Shown here: in pieces, positions 1 through 9,160 of the stretch
How the letters are laid out: the number at the start of each line of letters is the position of its first letter
How positions within the stretch are numbered: the stretch's first letter is position 1
Assembly (NCBI GenBank): GCA_964419575.1
Contig: CAYQQD010000001.1
Span: forward strand, 7,403-71,402
DNA from: an uncultured Dehalococcoidales bacterium
Lineage (GTDB): Bacteria > Chloroflexota > Dehalococcoidia > Dehalococcoidales > E44-bin46
Length of the DNA: 64,000 bases
Reading direction: 5' to 3'
Translations under genes and position numbers: made by a program
The notes under the pieces: generated by a model
The model's input: only the letters and a program-made list of their open reading frames with translations
Database searches by the model: none
What the model was told of the DNA's origin: nothing

Positions 1-23
1 TTGATTTATGTGGTAAGCTCTAC

Positions 24-983
24 GTGTCATATATTTCCTTCCCGCCTTCCCTATATAACACTGAGTCGATAAAGGTCCAGGTAAATGAGCTTGTAGAACT
101 CCCTAAAAGGGACAAGGACACGTATAAGGGAAGTTACGGAAGGACTCTGTTCATCGCCGGCTCTTCAAACTATCTAGGGGCGCCTTACTTTTCTGCCCTC
201 TCATTCCTTAAGGCCGGTGGCGGGCTCTCTTACCTAGCCACACCTAGCTCCATTTCGCCATTCCTGGCAAGTAAGGGGAGCGAGATTGTCCTTGCCCCTC
301 AGAAGGAGACGAATTCGGGAAGCTTAGCCCTGGAAAGTAAGGAGGAGCTTCTGGAGTTAGCCAATAGAGTGAGCATGGTCATTATCGGTCCTGGACTTTC
401 CCTGAATGAGGAGACGCAGGAACTGGTGAGGGCGCTGGCAAGGGAAATCGAGACCCCGTTACTAATAGATGGTGACGGAATCACTGCCATTGCCAGAGAA
501 ATAGGAATTATTAGGTCTAGGAAAGCCGAGACCATTCTGACTCCACACAGTGGTGAAATGGCACGAATCACCAAAATGGAAGTAGCTGAAGTAAACAAAG
601 ATAAGATACAGGTGCTGCAAAAAACAGCTAGGGGGCTCAACGCCATCATTGTGCTAAAAGGGGCCCATTCGCTCATAGGCTACCCCGATGAAAGGGTATA
701 TATTAACACCAGTGGAAATCCGGGAATGGCTACGGCTGGGAGTGGGGATGCGCTGGTTGGGGCTATTGCCGCTATGTATGGGCTGGGGTTACCCCTGGGA
801 GAGGCGGTGAGGATGGGCGTCTTTATCCATGGGCTTTCTGGAGACCTAGCCGCTAAGGAAAAGGGTGAGGACGGCATAACTGCCCAAGACATTCTGGACT
901 ATTTGCCCAACGCAGTAAGATATTACCGCCAAAACTTCGATGAGCTTTCAGAAAACTTCTATGGAAGCATCTACACAGTGTAG
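24..983 (+). CDS. nnrD: NAD(P)H-hydrate dehydratase (YjeF C-terminal, carbohydrate-kinase fold). The frame is open to base 3, so the true 5' end may lie outside the window (possibly the C-terminal half of a bifunctional Nnr).
   Basis: 319-aa ORF. 'KGSYGRTLFIAGSSNYLGAPYFSALSFLKAGGG' and 'GNPGMATAGSGDALVGAI' fit the YjeF_C signature. There is no stop codon between the window edge and the GTG at 24. Confidence 0.8.
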   Translation: MSYISFPPSLYNTESIKVQVNELVELPKRDKDTYKGSYGRTLFIAGSSNYLGAPYFSALSFLKAGGGLSYLATPSSISPFLASKGSEIVLAPQKETNSGSLALESKEELLELANRVSMVIIGPGLSLNEETQELVRALAREIETPLLIDGDGITAIAREIGIIRSRKAETILTPHSGEMARITKMEVAEVNKDKIQVLQKTARGLNAIIVLKGAHSLIGYPDERVYINTSGNPGMATAGSGDALVGAIAAMYGLGLPLGEAVRMGVFIHGLSGDLAAKEKGEDGITAQDILDYLPNAVRYYRQNFDELSENFYGSIYTV

Positions 984-991
984 CCGGAGAG

Positions 992-1993
992 ATGAAAGCC
1001 TGGGTTTTACAAAAGCAAGCGGCGATTGAGACAAGACCCCTATTACTGCAAGAATTCCCTATTCCCCAAGTAGGGGAGAGCGAGATAAGAGTAAAGGTGC
1101 ACGCCTGTGGCGTGTGTCGGACTGACCTCCATGTGGCTGAGGGTGATTTGCCTTTAAGAAAGTCGCCTGTAGTCCTGGGCCACCAGATTGTTGGGGTTGT
1201 GGATAGGGTAGGGGAGGGAGTGGCCAAATTTAAAGTCGGCGATGGGGCTGGCATAGCTTGGCTTAATTCCGCTTGCGGCAATTGCTGGTTCTGCCGCTCA
1301 GGGCGAGAAAACCTATGCCCTGAAGCAAAATTCACCGGCTGGGATACCGATGGTGGCTATGCTGAATACGTAACGGTATCACAGGACTTTGCCTTTCGCC
1401 TTGGGAAGACCCTTTCTTTTGTTGAAGCTGCGCCTCTTATGTGCCCGGGAATAACCGGCTACAGGGCTCTAAAACTCACTGAGGCAAAAAGGGGCGATAA
1501 GCTTGGGCTTTATGGGTTTGGACCGGCTGCCTCCTATGTCCTCCAGGTGGCGAAATACTTGGGCATAGAAACATATGCCATTACCAGGAGCCAAAAGAAT
1601 AAAGATTGGGCGACAAGGCTGGGGGTGGACTGGGTAGGGGGATATGAAGATAAGATGCCTACTAAGTTTGACGCCGCAATTGTATTCCCACCGGCAGGGA
1701 ATCTAGTTGAGCTTGCCCTCTCCCAGCTAGATAGCGGGGGAAAGCTGGTTCTGGCGGCGGTCTATATGACTCCCATTGAGGTCAAGAACTATAATCACCT
1801 GTGGATGGAGCGCTCGGTAAAGAGTACGGCTAACATCACCCGAGACGATGGAAGGGAATTCCTGGAGATTGCGGCAAAGATAGGGATAAAAACCGAGGTT
1901 GAGGTCTTCCCATTTGATAAATTGCCAGAGGCTCTAATCCTAGCTAAAGGTGGTAAGGTTAAAGGGAACCCTGTAATTAAGGTCGCTGACTAA
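992..1993 (+). CDS. Zn-dependent alcohol dehydrogenase (MDR superfamily)
   Basis: 333 aa. Catalytic-Zn region 'CGVCRTDLHVAEGDL', 'GHQIVGVV', and structural-Zn Cys cluster 'CGNCWFCRSGRENLC'. Confidence 0.85.
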   Translation: MKAWVLQKQAAIETRPLLLQEFPIPQVGESEIRVKVHACGVCRTDLHVAEGDLPLRKSPVVLGHQIVGVVDRVGEGVAKFKVGDGAGIAWLNSACGNCWFCRSGRENLCPEAKFTGWDTDGGYAEYVTVSQDFAFRLGKTLSFVEAAPLMCPGITGYRALKLTEAKRGDKLGLYGFGPAASYVLQVAKYLGIETYAITRSQKNKDWATRLGVDWVGGYEDKMPTKFDAAIVFPPAGNLVELALSQLDSGGKLVLAAVYMTPIEVKNYNHLWMERSVKSTANITRDDGREFLEIAAKIGIKTEVEVFPFDKLPEALILAKGGKVKGNPVIKVAD

Positions 1994-2002
1994 TTCATTC
2001 TC

Positions 2003-2926
2003 CTATATCTCAAGAACTGCTTTAAGAAAACGAGTGATTTTTCTACTGATAAAGGGATACCAGAGCCAGATGGTAGTGTGGGTGCCGGGAAGCCAGATAA
2101 TGGCAGGTCTGTCACACGCCTCCCAAAAATCTATCGTAGCCTCTTTCGGTATAACCGAGTCCCAACGGGCGTTAATCATCAGTATCGAGCGTTTTTGAAG
2201 ATAGGGGGCAAAGGTCATAGGGTCAGTTAGAAAGCCTTTCTCGGTGGGGATAACATTTTCAAAGCCTTTCTCGGCTACTTGGTCGAGATACTGTTCATAG
2301 CGCCTCTGTGCAGTGAGGTATTCTTCTTCAGTGCCCTTATATCCCATTCTGCGACCAAAGGTCTTGCTCAGCCGGGCAACTTTTCCCAGATTTCCGCCGC
2401 TGGTAATAAGTACGCCTGTCCTAATGCGTTTATCTACGCCCATAGCTATTGCTGAGATGAAACCGCCAAAGCTTATGCCAACGACTGCCACCTGTCCCTG
2501 GTCTATCTCGGCTCTACCGCTTGCCCAGTCTATAACCTGCCGAACATCAATCACTGAGATTTGATAGCTTTCAAACCACTCATCAAGGGTAAGGGCAGGA
2601 AGCCGATTTTTTATGTCTTCCGGCATGCGGCTGGAGTGAAACACTAAATATAGAATAAAGCAAGCTATCCCCCTTTTGACCAGAGTCCGTGCCAGAAGCT
2701 GGCACGGAATTACACTTCGGTCTCCCATCCCGTGAAGCAAAATTGCTAATGGGGCATGACCTGCCCCCTGGGGTTGGAAGTATTCACCCCTGACTATACT
2801 ATTCTTTACATAACGTGCAGGATAGGCAGAGCGAAAATCGACCGCATAGTGGAGCCACCTCGGAGTTGTTTTCTTCAAGTGTAGATTAAAATGGGACACG
2901 TCACCTGAATAACTATATGGATTCAT
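2003..2926 (-). CDS. alpha/beta-fold hydrolase (esterase / dienelactone-hydrolase-like)
   Basis: 307 aa. Nucleophile elbow 'GISFGG' (GxSxG) and 'LLHGMGD' oxyanion-type segment. Confidence 0.7.
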   Translation of the reverse strand: MNPYSYSGDVSHFNLHLKKTTPRWLHYAVDFRSAYPARYVKNSIVRGEYFQPQGAGHAPLAILLHGMGDRSVIPCQLLARTLVKRGIACFILYLVFHSSRMPEDIKNRLPALTLDEWFESYQISVIDVRQVIDWASGRAEIDQGQVAVVGISFGGFISAIAMGVDKRIRTGVLITSGGNLGKVARLSKTFGRRMGYKGTEEEYLTAQRRYEQYLDQVAEKGFENVIPTEKGFLTDPMTFAPYLQKRSILMINARWDSVIPKEATIDFWEACDRPAIIWLPGTHTTIWLWYPFISRKITRFLKAVLEI

Positions 2927-3193
2927 CTCTTATACACAACCAATAAACCTTGATTTTGGAAAGTGAGCTAGCTGTAGAACAGGTAGCATTTGCGGAGCAT
3001 AGCATCTCCGGACAGGAATTCTAGCCTTGATTATTCTATAATGCTAGCGGCACTTTTTCAATTGCTGCCAAAAGGGAAATAGCAGCCTCTTCACATATCA
3101 CCCTTTAACTCTAAACACTAATGAGCCCAAAAATGTTAGAATAGTAACGTACGCAAATTTGTGTCTAGTCTAGCGTTATTCTTTAGGAGAAAG

Positions 3194-4174
3194 ATGGACG
3201 ATTACATTATTAAAGTAGAAAACCTGGTCAAAAAATTTGGTCAACTGGTGGCGGTAAATAACATTAGTTTTAGTGTGGTCCCCAGGGAAATCTTTGGTTT
3301 TTTAGGTCCGAACGGGGCGGGAAAGACGACTACCATCAATATCCTGTGTACCTTGTCTAGACCAACATCAGGGCGTGCCATTGTTAATGGCTACGACATA
3401 GTACGTCAGCAGAGCCAGGTGCGCCAGTCAATCGGTCTAGTCTTTCAAGACCCCAGTCTTGATGATAGGCTCAGCGGGTTACAGAACCTGCGCTTTCATG
3501 CCCTGGTGTATCACGTACCTGCCTCAGTCCGTGAACAGCGGATTGAGCAGGTGCTTAAGATGATGGAACTCTGGGACAAGCGCCATGGTACAGTTCGTAC
3601 CTACTCCGGAGGCATGAAACGCCGCTTAGAGCTAGCCAGGGGCCTGTTACACTACCCCAAAGTACTATTCCTCGATGAGCCAACTTTGGGGCTAGACCCA
3701 CAAACACGCAACCGTATATGGGAATATATACTTGAACTGCGTGAGCGTGAAGGGATTACCATCTTCTTGACCACCCACTATATGGATGAGGCTGACAAAG
3801 CCGACCGTATTGCCATCATTGACCATGGAAAGCTTGTTGCCATGGACACCCCGGAGAGACTCAAGAGGATTGTAGGTAAGGATATTATTTGTGTAAAAAC
3901 CGGCAATGATGACCAAGCAGCTGAAGAAATCAGGCTTCGCTACCAAATTGAGGCTAGACGTGATAGCAATGGGCTGACCTTTGAGGTAGCCAGTGGAGAG
4001 GAGTTTCTCCCCACCTTTATCAAGGAATTTGGCACCGAAATACTGAGCGTCAGCCTGCGCTCTCCGAGCCTAGATGATGTCTTTCTTAAGCTCACCGGGC
4101 GGGAAATACGGGAGGAAACTACTGATGCATTCAAGGCAATGTTTCGCCAACACGGACGGCACACGCGGCGCTAG
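3194..4174 (+). CDS. ABC transporter ATP-binding protein (ABC-2 / DrrA-type exporter)
   Basis: Walker A 'GPNGAGKTT', signature 'YSGGMKRRL', Walker B 'LFLDEPT'. The ATG at 3194 is preceded by AGGAG, and the GTG at 3161 in the ORF track is less likely. Confidence 0.9.
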   Translation: MDDYIIKVENLVKKFGQLVAVNNISFSVVPREIFGFLGPNGAGKTTTINILCTLSRPTSGRAIVNGYDIVRQQSQVRQSIGLVFQDPSLDDRLSGLQNLRFHALVYHVPASVREQRIEQVLKMMELWDKRHGTVRTYSGGMKRRLELARGLLHYPKVLFLDEPTLGLDPQTRNRIWEYILELREREGITIFLTTHYMDEADKADRIAIIDHGKLVAMDTPERLKRIVGKDIICVKTGNDDQAAEEIRLRYQIEARRDSNGLTFEVASGEEFLPTFIKEFGTEILSVSLRSPSLDDVFLKLTGREIREETTDAFKAMFRQHGRHTRR

Positions 4175-4183
4175 GAGGGAGAG

Positions 4184-4972
4184 ATGAATAATCTACGCGG
4201 AGTGTACATCATATGGTACCGGGATATACTGCGTTTCTGGCGTGACCGGGTGCGCATGATTGGGATGGTCTCTCTGCCCCTCCTGTTTCTGTTCGTGTTC
4301 GGCAGTGGCCTTAGCAGTAGGATGGGACTCCTTGGCGCTGGGACTAATTTTGCTCAATTTATCTTCCCGGGCATAATTGGGATGACAGTGCTTATGAGCT
4401 CGTTTATGGCTGGGGTGTCTGTGGTCTGGGACAGAGAGTTTGGCTTCCTAAAGGAAGTGCTGGTGGCACCAATCAGCCGTGCCTCGGTAGCTGGTGGCAA
4501 GACGTTGGGTGCTGCCACCGTGGCACTGATTCAAGGGGCGGTTATCCTGTTATTCGCCCCCCTGATTGGTGTCTCCCTCTCCCCACACCTGGTGCTAATG
4601 CTACTGCCACTAATGTTCCTGCTTGCTGCCGCTATGGGCTCATTCGGCGTCCTGCTGGCGACTCGCATCCGCACTATAGAGGCATTTCAGGCAGTGATGC
4701 AGATGTTAACGTTTCCTATGGTGTTCCTATCTGGGGTTTTCTTTCCCCTCCAGGGGGTGCCGACATGGATGAGTGTCCTGACCAAGATTAACCCGGCTAC
4801 CTATGGCATTGCCACTATCCGCCAGGTAGTATTGGGAACATCACCAAGCTCGCCCTTTGGTATCAACCTGCTCGGGCATACTATGTCACTCTGGGACAAT
4901 GTTGCTGTACTGGCAGCATTTGGGGCAACCATGACCCTGCTGGCGATGCGGTCTTTCGGCAGTCAGGATTAG
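4184..4972 (+). CDS. ABC-2 type transporter permease
   Basis: 262 aa with about six hydrophobic segments. It starts 9 bp after the ATPase stop. Confidence 0.85.
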   Translation: MNNLRGVYIIWYRDILRFWRDRVRMIGMVSLPLLFLFVFGSGLSSRMGLLGAGTNFAQFIFPGIIGMTVLMSSFMAGVSVVWDREFGFLKEVLVAPISRASVAGGKTLGAATVALIQGAVILLFAPLIGVSLSPHLVLMLLPLMFLLAAAMGSFGVLLATRIRTIEAFQAVMQMLTFPMVFLSGVFFPLQGVPTWMSVLTKINPATYGIATIRQVVLGTSPSSPFGINLLGHTMSLWDNVAVLAAFGATMTLLAMRSFGSQD

Positions 4973-5012
4973 GCTGCATGACAGTATTTGGCCTACCTAG
5001 AGAGTGGTGTCT

Positions 5013-6413
5013 CTAAGGATGGTCAACATTTACCTGCCGCTCGTCTATGATAAGCTTCTTGGCTCTGGCTAAGCGCCTCAGCGTACCTTGGCGTACCAGT
5101 TCTACCTTGGGTAAAGCCAATCTTTTGGCGGCGACATTTTTTCTGATTAGCTGGTGGCTTGATACCAATTTCCTTATCGCCTCGCCAATGTGCGGACTCT
5201 CCGTGGTAACCTCAACCCGAAAATGAAGGGTATCCCTGCCTTCTCCTTTGCCAAGGGTCATCTGATAGTCAATGACCTCAGGAATACTAAAAATAAGTTC
5301 ATCAAACATTGCTGGGTATATTTCATCCTCACCGCCTATTTTGGCTATCGCTTCCAGTCTTCGGGTTACATTAGCTATCTTCTTTAAGGTAGCTGCCCCG
5401 CACTCACAGGGAGTGCTAACCAACCGAGATATATCATGCGTCCGATATCTAATCAGGGGCATTGCTTCCCTAGTCAAGGTGGTAAAGACCAGCTCTCCTT
5501 CTTCGTCATCGGCTAACACTGCACCAGTCTCAGGGTCTACCACCTCTAGTAGCAGGTCAGCCTCATTGAAGTGAAAGCCATTATGGGCATGACACTCTAC
5601 GGCAACCCCCAGCCCCATTTCAGTCAGTCCGTAGTGGACGTGGACATCACAATTCCAGGTGTCCTGTAGCTGCTTTCTCATAGAATCAGATAGGTACTCA
5701 GAGGTGACGAATACCACCTTAACCCCCTTCCCTTTTAAATCGTGATTATGCCGTGTTTCCTGTGTAATCCGATACATGGGTGATACTAAGCCGAACAGGA
5801 CGGCTGGGTGAGCCTGGTCTATAATCCTCAGTTGTTGCTCCGGGCTCAGAGTAATGCCGGAGATTACTGGCACACCACCCATCTTCCTTGCCCCCTTAGC
5901 CAGCAAGTCAGCCTGGTCATTTGGTCTGGCGCTGGGCAACATTATCTGAACCACATCACCCTCGGTGGCAACTGTCTTCATACCCGCCGCCATGAAATCA
6001 GTCATCACCTCCAGGTCTCCCTCGGTGAAGAATACTCTCTTTTGCGGGCCGGTAGTGCCTGAAGAGGTAAAGGTAGTTATCCGGGCAATATCACCGAGCG
6101 AAACGCAGGCAAATCGATAGGGGTGTTGGGCGATGTCAATAGGATTAGTCAACGGGATGTTAGCTAGGTCAGTCAGGGACTTTATATCATCAACCTTTAT
6201 TCCGTTGCTATCAAACAATTGGCGGTAGAAAGTGCTCTTGTGGTAAGCATAGGCGAGTATCTTCCTGAGTTTGAAAAGATGATAACGGTCTATATCGGCT
6301 CTGGTCAGCCGGTCAATGCTTTCCCTGCCGACAAATTGCCGATATTCAGGGTCCTCCTTTACTTTTTGCCTGATTATGTTGTGGAGCCACTGTTCCAGAA
6401 AAATAGTTTCCAA
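5013..6413 (-). CDS. adenylate-forming ligase, PaaK / coenzyme-F390-synthetase-like
   Basis: 466 aa. Adenylation motifs 'TSSGTTGPQKRVFFT' and 'YGLTEMG'. TTG start with AGGGGGG 5 nt upstream. Confidence 0.75.
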   Translation of the reverse strand: METIFLEQWLHNIIRQKVKEDPEYRQFVGRESIDRLTRADIDRYHLFKLRKILAYAYHKSTFYRQLFDSNGIKVDDIKSLTDLANIPLTNPIDIAQHPYRFACVSLGDIARITTFTSSGTTGPQKRVFFTEGDLEVMTDFMAAGMKTVATEGDVVQIMLPSARPNDQADLLAKGARKMGGVPVISGITLSPEQQLRIIDQAHPAVLFGLVSPMYRITQETRHNHDLKGKGVKVVFVTSEYLSDSMRKQLQDTWNCDVHVHYGLTEMGLGVAVECHAHNGFHFNEADLLLEVVDPETGAVLADDEEGELVFTTLTREAMPLIRYRTHDISRLVSTPCECGAATLKKIANVTRRLEAIAKIGGEDEIYPAMFDELIFSIPEVIDYQMTLGKGEGRDTLHFRVEVTTESPHIGEAIRKLVSSHQLIRKNVAAKRLALPKVELVRQGTLRRLARAKKLIIDERQVNVDHP

Positions 6414-6429
6414 TATTGCCCCCCTTTAC

Positions 6430-7770
6430 TTAGAGCTTTGGCTGAGGGTAGAGCCTCTGTCCGCTAGTGTTAGTTAGATAATAGGCGCAGAAGGGTATTA
6501 TCTGCCTAGCTGGGGTAACCACGTGACCACAGCACCCACGCAGTCTATCCATGTCCAGACTCCACACATCCTGAAACGGCATGCAGGTGATGGTCAGGTA
6601 ATAGTTTAGCACTCGGTCATAGAGGTCACCACCACAGGACTGGCAGCTGCTTTCATCAAGTCGCCAGTGACGGCTCATAAAGCGGCGCGAACTCTCCTCA
6701 GGAGGAGGCTCAGAGCATGAGCCCCAGCCGGTAACCCTGCCGCGGGCTAGATTACTCATGGCTTGTAGCTTTCCCTCCTGGGTCAGGATGAAGAAGCTAG
6801 AAAACGAGCAGTGGGCATCTTGGGCATGGCGGGGGAGAAAATCTTGCCCCTTGAGTTCACCGTCAGTCTGACATTCTAGGGCACGAATTACATCAGGGAT
6901 GGTTATCCGGTCTTCATCACCAGGTGGGTGGGGGTAACGACCCAGATAGCTTATGGGCTGGAAGTGGATTCCCTTAACGGTGGGAATCCAGCCCTTGGCG
7001 AACTGAACGATGCTTCCTAGCTGATGGTCATTAACACCATGAACAATGGTAGGCACTAGAATAACCCCGATTTTCTCAGATGCGCAGTTAGCCAGCGCCT
7101 GTCTTTTGATGTTGAATAGATTTCGCCCTCGGGTGTAGCGGTAAACGTCATCAGTTACCCCATCAAACTGGAGATAAATGGCACTGGCACCAGCCTCCTT
7201 GAGACGCCATAGATAGTCTGGCTCCCGGGCTATTCTAACCCCGTTGGTGTTAATCAGGATGTGACTAAATCCAACCTCTCGCCCCAAGGCAACGATTCGA
7301 GGTAGGTCATGGCGCACTGTGGGCTCACCGCCACTGAGCTGGATGGTGCAGGCACCCACTCCATCCATGGCTGCTTGATACATACCACGGATGACCTCAA
7401 TATCCGGTTCATATTGTTCGTTCTCATCAGCACTGGCAAAGCAAACCGGGCATCTGAGGTTACACTTGAGGGTAACCTCCAGCACCATGGTACAGGCTCG
7501 TGTCCAGTGCTCCGGGCACAGACCACAATCGTAGGGACAGCCTTTGTCCACCGTAGTAAAGTTGCGAAGCGCTCCTGAGCCCCTCTCGCTGCCTGTAGTC
7601 CATTCCAGATAGTGCCTGGCATCTTGCCGCCAGATAAGAACCTTGCTTTCACCATGCTCGGGGCAGGTCTTTTCCAGATAGACCTTCCCTCTGTCCGCTA
7701 CCTTCCTTGCCGGGATTCGCTTAAAACATACCGGGCATAGACTTTCTGTCTCGCCTAGCAATTTGCCCAT
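6430..7770 (-). CDS. radical SAM enzyme with N-terminal zinc-ribbon (COG1964-like layout)
   Basis: 446 aa. 'CPVCFKRIP...CPEHG' ribbon, 'CPYDCGLCPEH', radical-SAM core 'CNLRCPVCFA' and 'LSGGEPT'. Cys-rich C-terminus ('CQSCGG', 'CCGH'). Confidence 0.75.
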   Translation of the reverse strand: MGKLLGETESLCPVCFKRIPARKVADRGKVYLEKTCPEHGESKVLIWRQDARHYLEWTTGSERGSGALRNFTTVDKGCPYDCGLCPEHWTRACTMVLEVTLKCNLRCPVCFASADENEQYEPDIEVIRGMYQAAMDGVGACTIQLSGGEPTVRHDLPRIVALGREVGFSHILINTNGVRIAREPDYLWRLKEAGASAIYLQFDGVTDDVYRYTRGRNLFNIKRQALANCASEKIGVILVPTIVHGVNDHQLGSIVQFAKGWIPTVKGIHFQPISYLGRYPHPPGDEDRITIPDVIRALECQTDGELKGQDFLPRHAQDAHCSFSSFFILTQEGKLQAMSNLARGRVTGWGSCSEPPPEESSRRFMSRHWRLDESSCQSCGGDLYDRVLNYYLTITCMPFQDVWSLDMDRLRGCCGHVVTPARQIIPFCAYYLTNTSGQRLYPQPKL

Positions 7771-7815
7771 CGTTAATCAAACCTCCGCTATCTGGGTCGA
7801 AGAAAGACTATGCTT

Positions 7816-8601
7816 TCACTTCTTACTCACCGCCACCAGGGCATAGCCGGGTTTCCCCAGCCTGAGAAACTCCTGGTAGGACAAAATAGAGGGGGTAGAA
7901 CCTTCTGTCCCCTTCCGTTGACATGGCCCCGCTGGCAAACCAGCCAAGAAGTTATCTATAGACCCGAAGGTTGTGCCGAGCTGGAAGATTATTTTCCTTA
8001 ATTCGGATGAATAGTCTTCTATATAAGGAGACTGCAAACCAACCTGTTCAAAGAGATTGATATACTCCTCGGCTCGCCAAGCACCTGCAAGACAGCAGGC
8101 AAAACTGACCTGGCGCCTTAGCGCCTTACTTACCTCCCCCCTGAGGATAATATCGGTCATTACCAGCTTCCCCCCTGGCTTTAAGATGCGTCCAATGTCT
8201 CTGGCAGCCACTTCCTTATTGGGAAGAAGGGAGAAGGAACACTCGGATATTACAGTATCAAAGGAAGAATCGCTGAAGGGCAAGTTCTCACCATCACCGA
8301 GCAGGAAACTTACCCTGCTGGTTATCTCTTTTTCCTCAGCCCTAGCTCGACAGGAAGCAATCATCTTATCTGATAGGTCAATGCCGATAACCTGGCAGCC
8401 ATACTTTCTGGCTAGGAAAAAGGCGGTTGTGCCTTTGCCACAGGCAATATCTAAGACCAAATAGTTACTACTAATGCCAGCCACCTCAGCTAACCTTGCC
8501 GTAAGCTTTAGCCCGCCGGGGCGCAGCGTCTCCCCCAACAACTGGTCAAAGACACACGATTCGTATAGTTTAACCGCCTCTTCCTTAGCCTCATTAGTCA
8601 T
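7816..8601 (-). CDS. class I SAM-dependent methyltransferase
   Basis: 261 aa. Motif I 'VLDIACGKGTTA', then 'VIGIDLS' and 'LKPGGKLVMTD'. Confidence 0.8.
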   Translation of the reverse strand: MTNEAKEEAVKLYESCVFDQLLGETLRPGGLKLTARLAEVAGISSNYLVLDIACGKGTTAFFLARKYGCQVIGIDLSDKMIASCRARAEEKEITSRVSFLLGDGENLPFSDSSFDTVISECSFSLLPNKEVAARDIGRILKPGGKLVMTDIILRGEVSKALRRQVSFACCLAGAWRAEEYINLFEQVGLQSPYIEDYSSELRKIIFQLGTTFGSIDNFLAGLPAGPCQRKGTEGSTPSILSYQEFLRLGKPGYALVAVSKK

Positions 8602-8647
8602 ATTAATGTCCTACAATTTCCCCACAAGACCGGTTTTTGACGTTCGT

Positions 8648-8842
8648 TTACTTGGATTCGAGCATCTCCTCAACCTTATTCACTTTTTCCACCACTGTTT
8701 CCTCAAGCAAATAAGCGGCGCCGCATTTGGGACATTTTATCCCCTCGACAGCACCGCTTGTTTCAAGATAAGTCATCTCCACATCACCTTCCACCATTGG
8801 CTGTTTACATTTAAAACAATGCCATTGTTTCATTTTACTCAT
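8648..8842 (-). CDS. small zinc-ribbon protein (two CxxC knuckles)
   Basis: 64 aa. 'HCFKCKQ' and 'IKCPKCGA' lie about 26 aa apart, followed by an acidic helical tail. The start overlaps the upstream stop by 4 nt (ATGA). Confidence 0.55.
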   Translation of the reverse strand: MSKMKQWHCFKCKQPMVEGDVEMTYLETSGAVEGIKCPKCGAAYLLEETVVEKVNKVEEMLESK

Positions 8843-9099
8843 CCTTTCATCTCAGCCTTGTGGGCATATGCCGAGCCGACTATGTAGCTTCCTTGTTCAA
8901 TAGCATATTCCACATAGAACGTGGCTTTGCCTATCCTCAATTTAGCCAGGTACCGGTTTTCATCCGGCAGGTATAGTTTATCATCCCCGGTTTCGGCATG
9001 GTGTATTACCTGCCTCACCTCATCCTCTAAAATATGCCTCTCCTCCAGTAGCTGCTTTACTTCACTACTTACCTGCAGCTTTATCTCTTCCCAGGTCAC
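8839..9099 (-). CDS. small protein of unknown function, translationally coupled to the zinc-ribbon protein
   Basis: 86-aa ORF inside a tightly packed co-directional array, with a 4-nt overlap to the next gene. No family recognised with certainty. Confidence 0.5.
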   Translation of the reverse strand: MTWEEIKLQVSSEVKQLLEERHILEDEVRQVIHHAETGDDKLYLPDENRYLAKLRIGKATFYVEYAIEQGSYIVGSAYAHKAEMKG

Positions 9100-9160
9100 G
9101 TCGGCACCTCCTTAGATTTTGTCTTCCTTGACAAAATGCTTTCTAAGATACCTCTAATCT

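Noticed and set aside
299-1335. Antisense ORFs inside nnrD and the first alcohol dehydrogenase (299-676, 680-892, 853-1335). Many similar shadow ORFs occur throughout, for example 12754-13230, 28702-29139 and 45489-45941.
   Set aside because: They lie entirely within, and antisense or out of frame to, ORFs with strong family motifs. They have biased Ser/Pro/Arg-rich composition, no RBS and no recognisable motifs. These are typical shadow frames.
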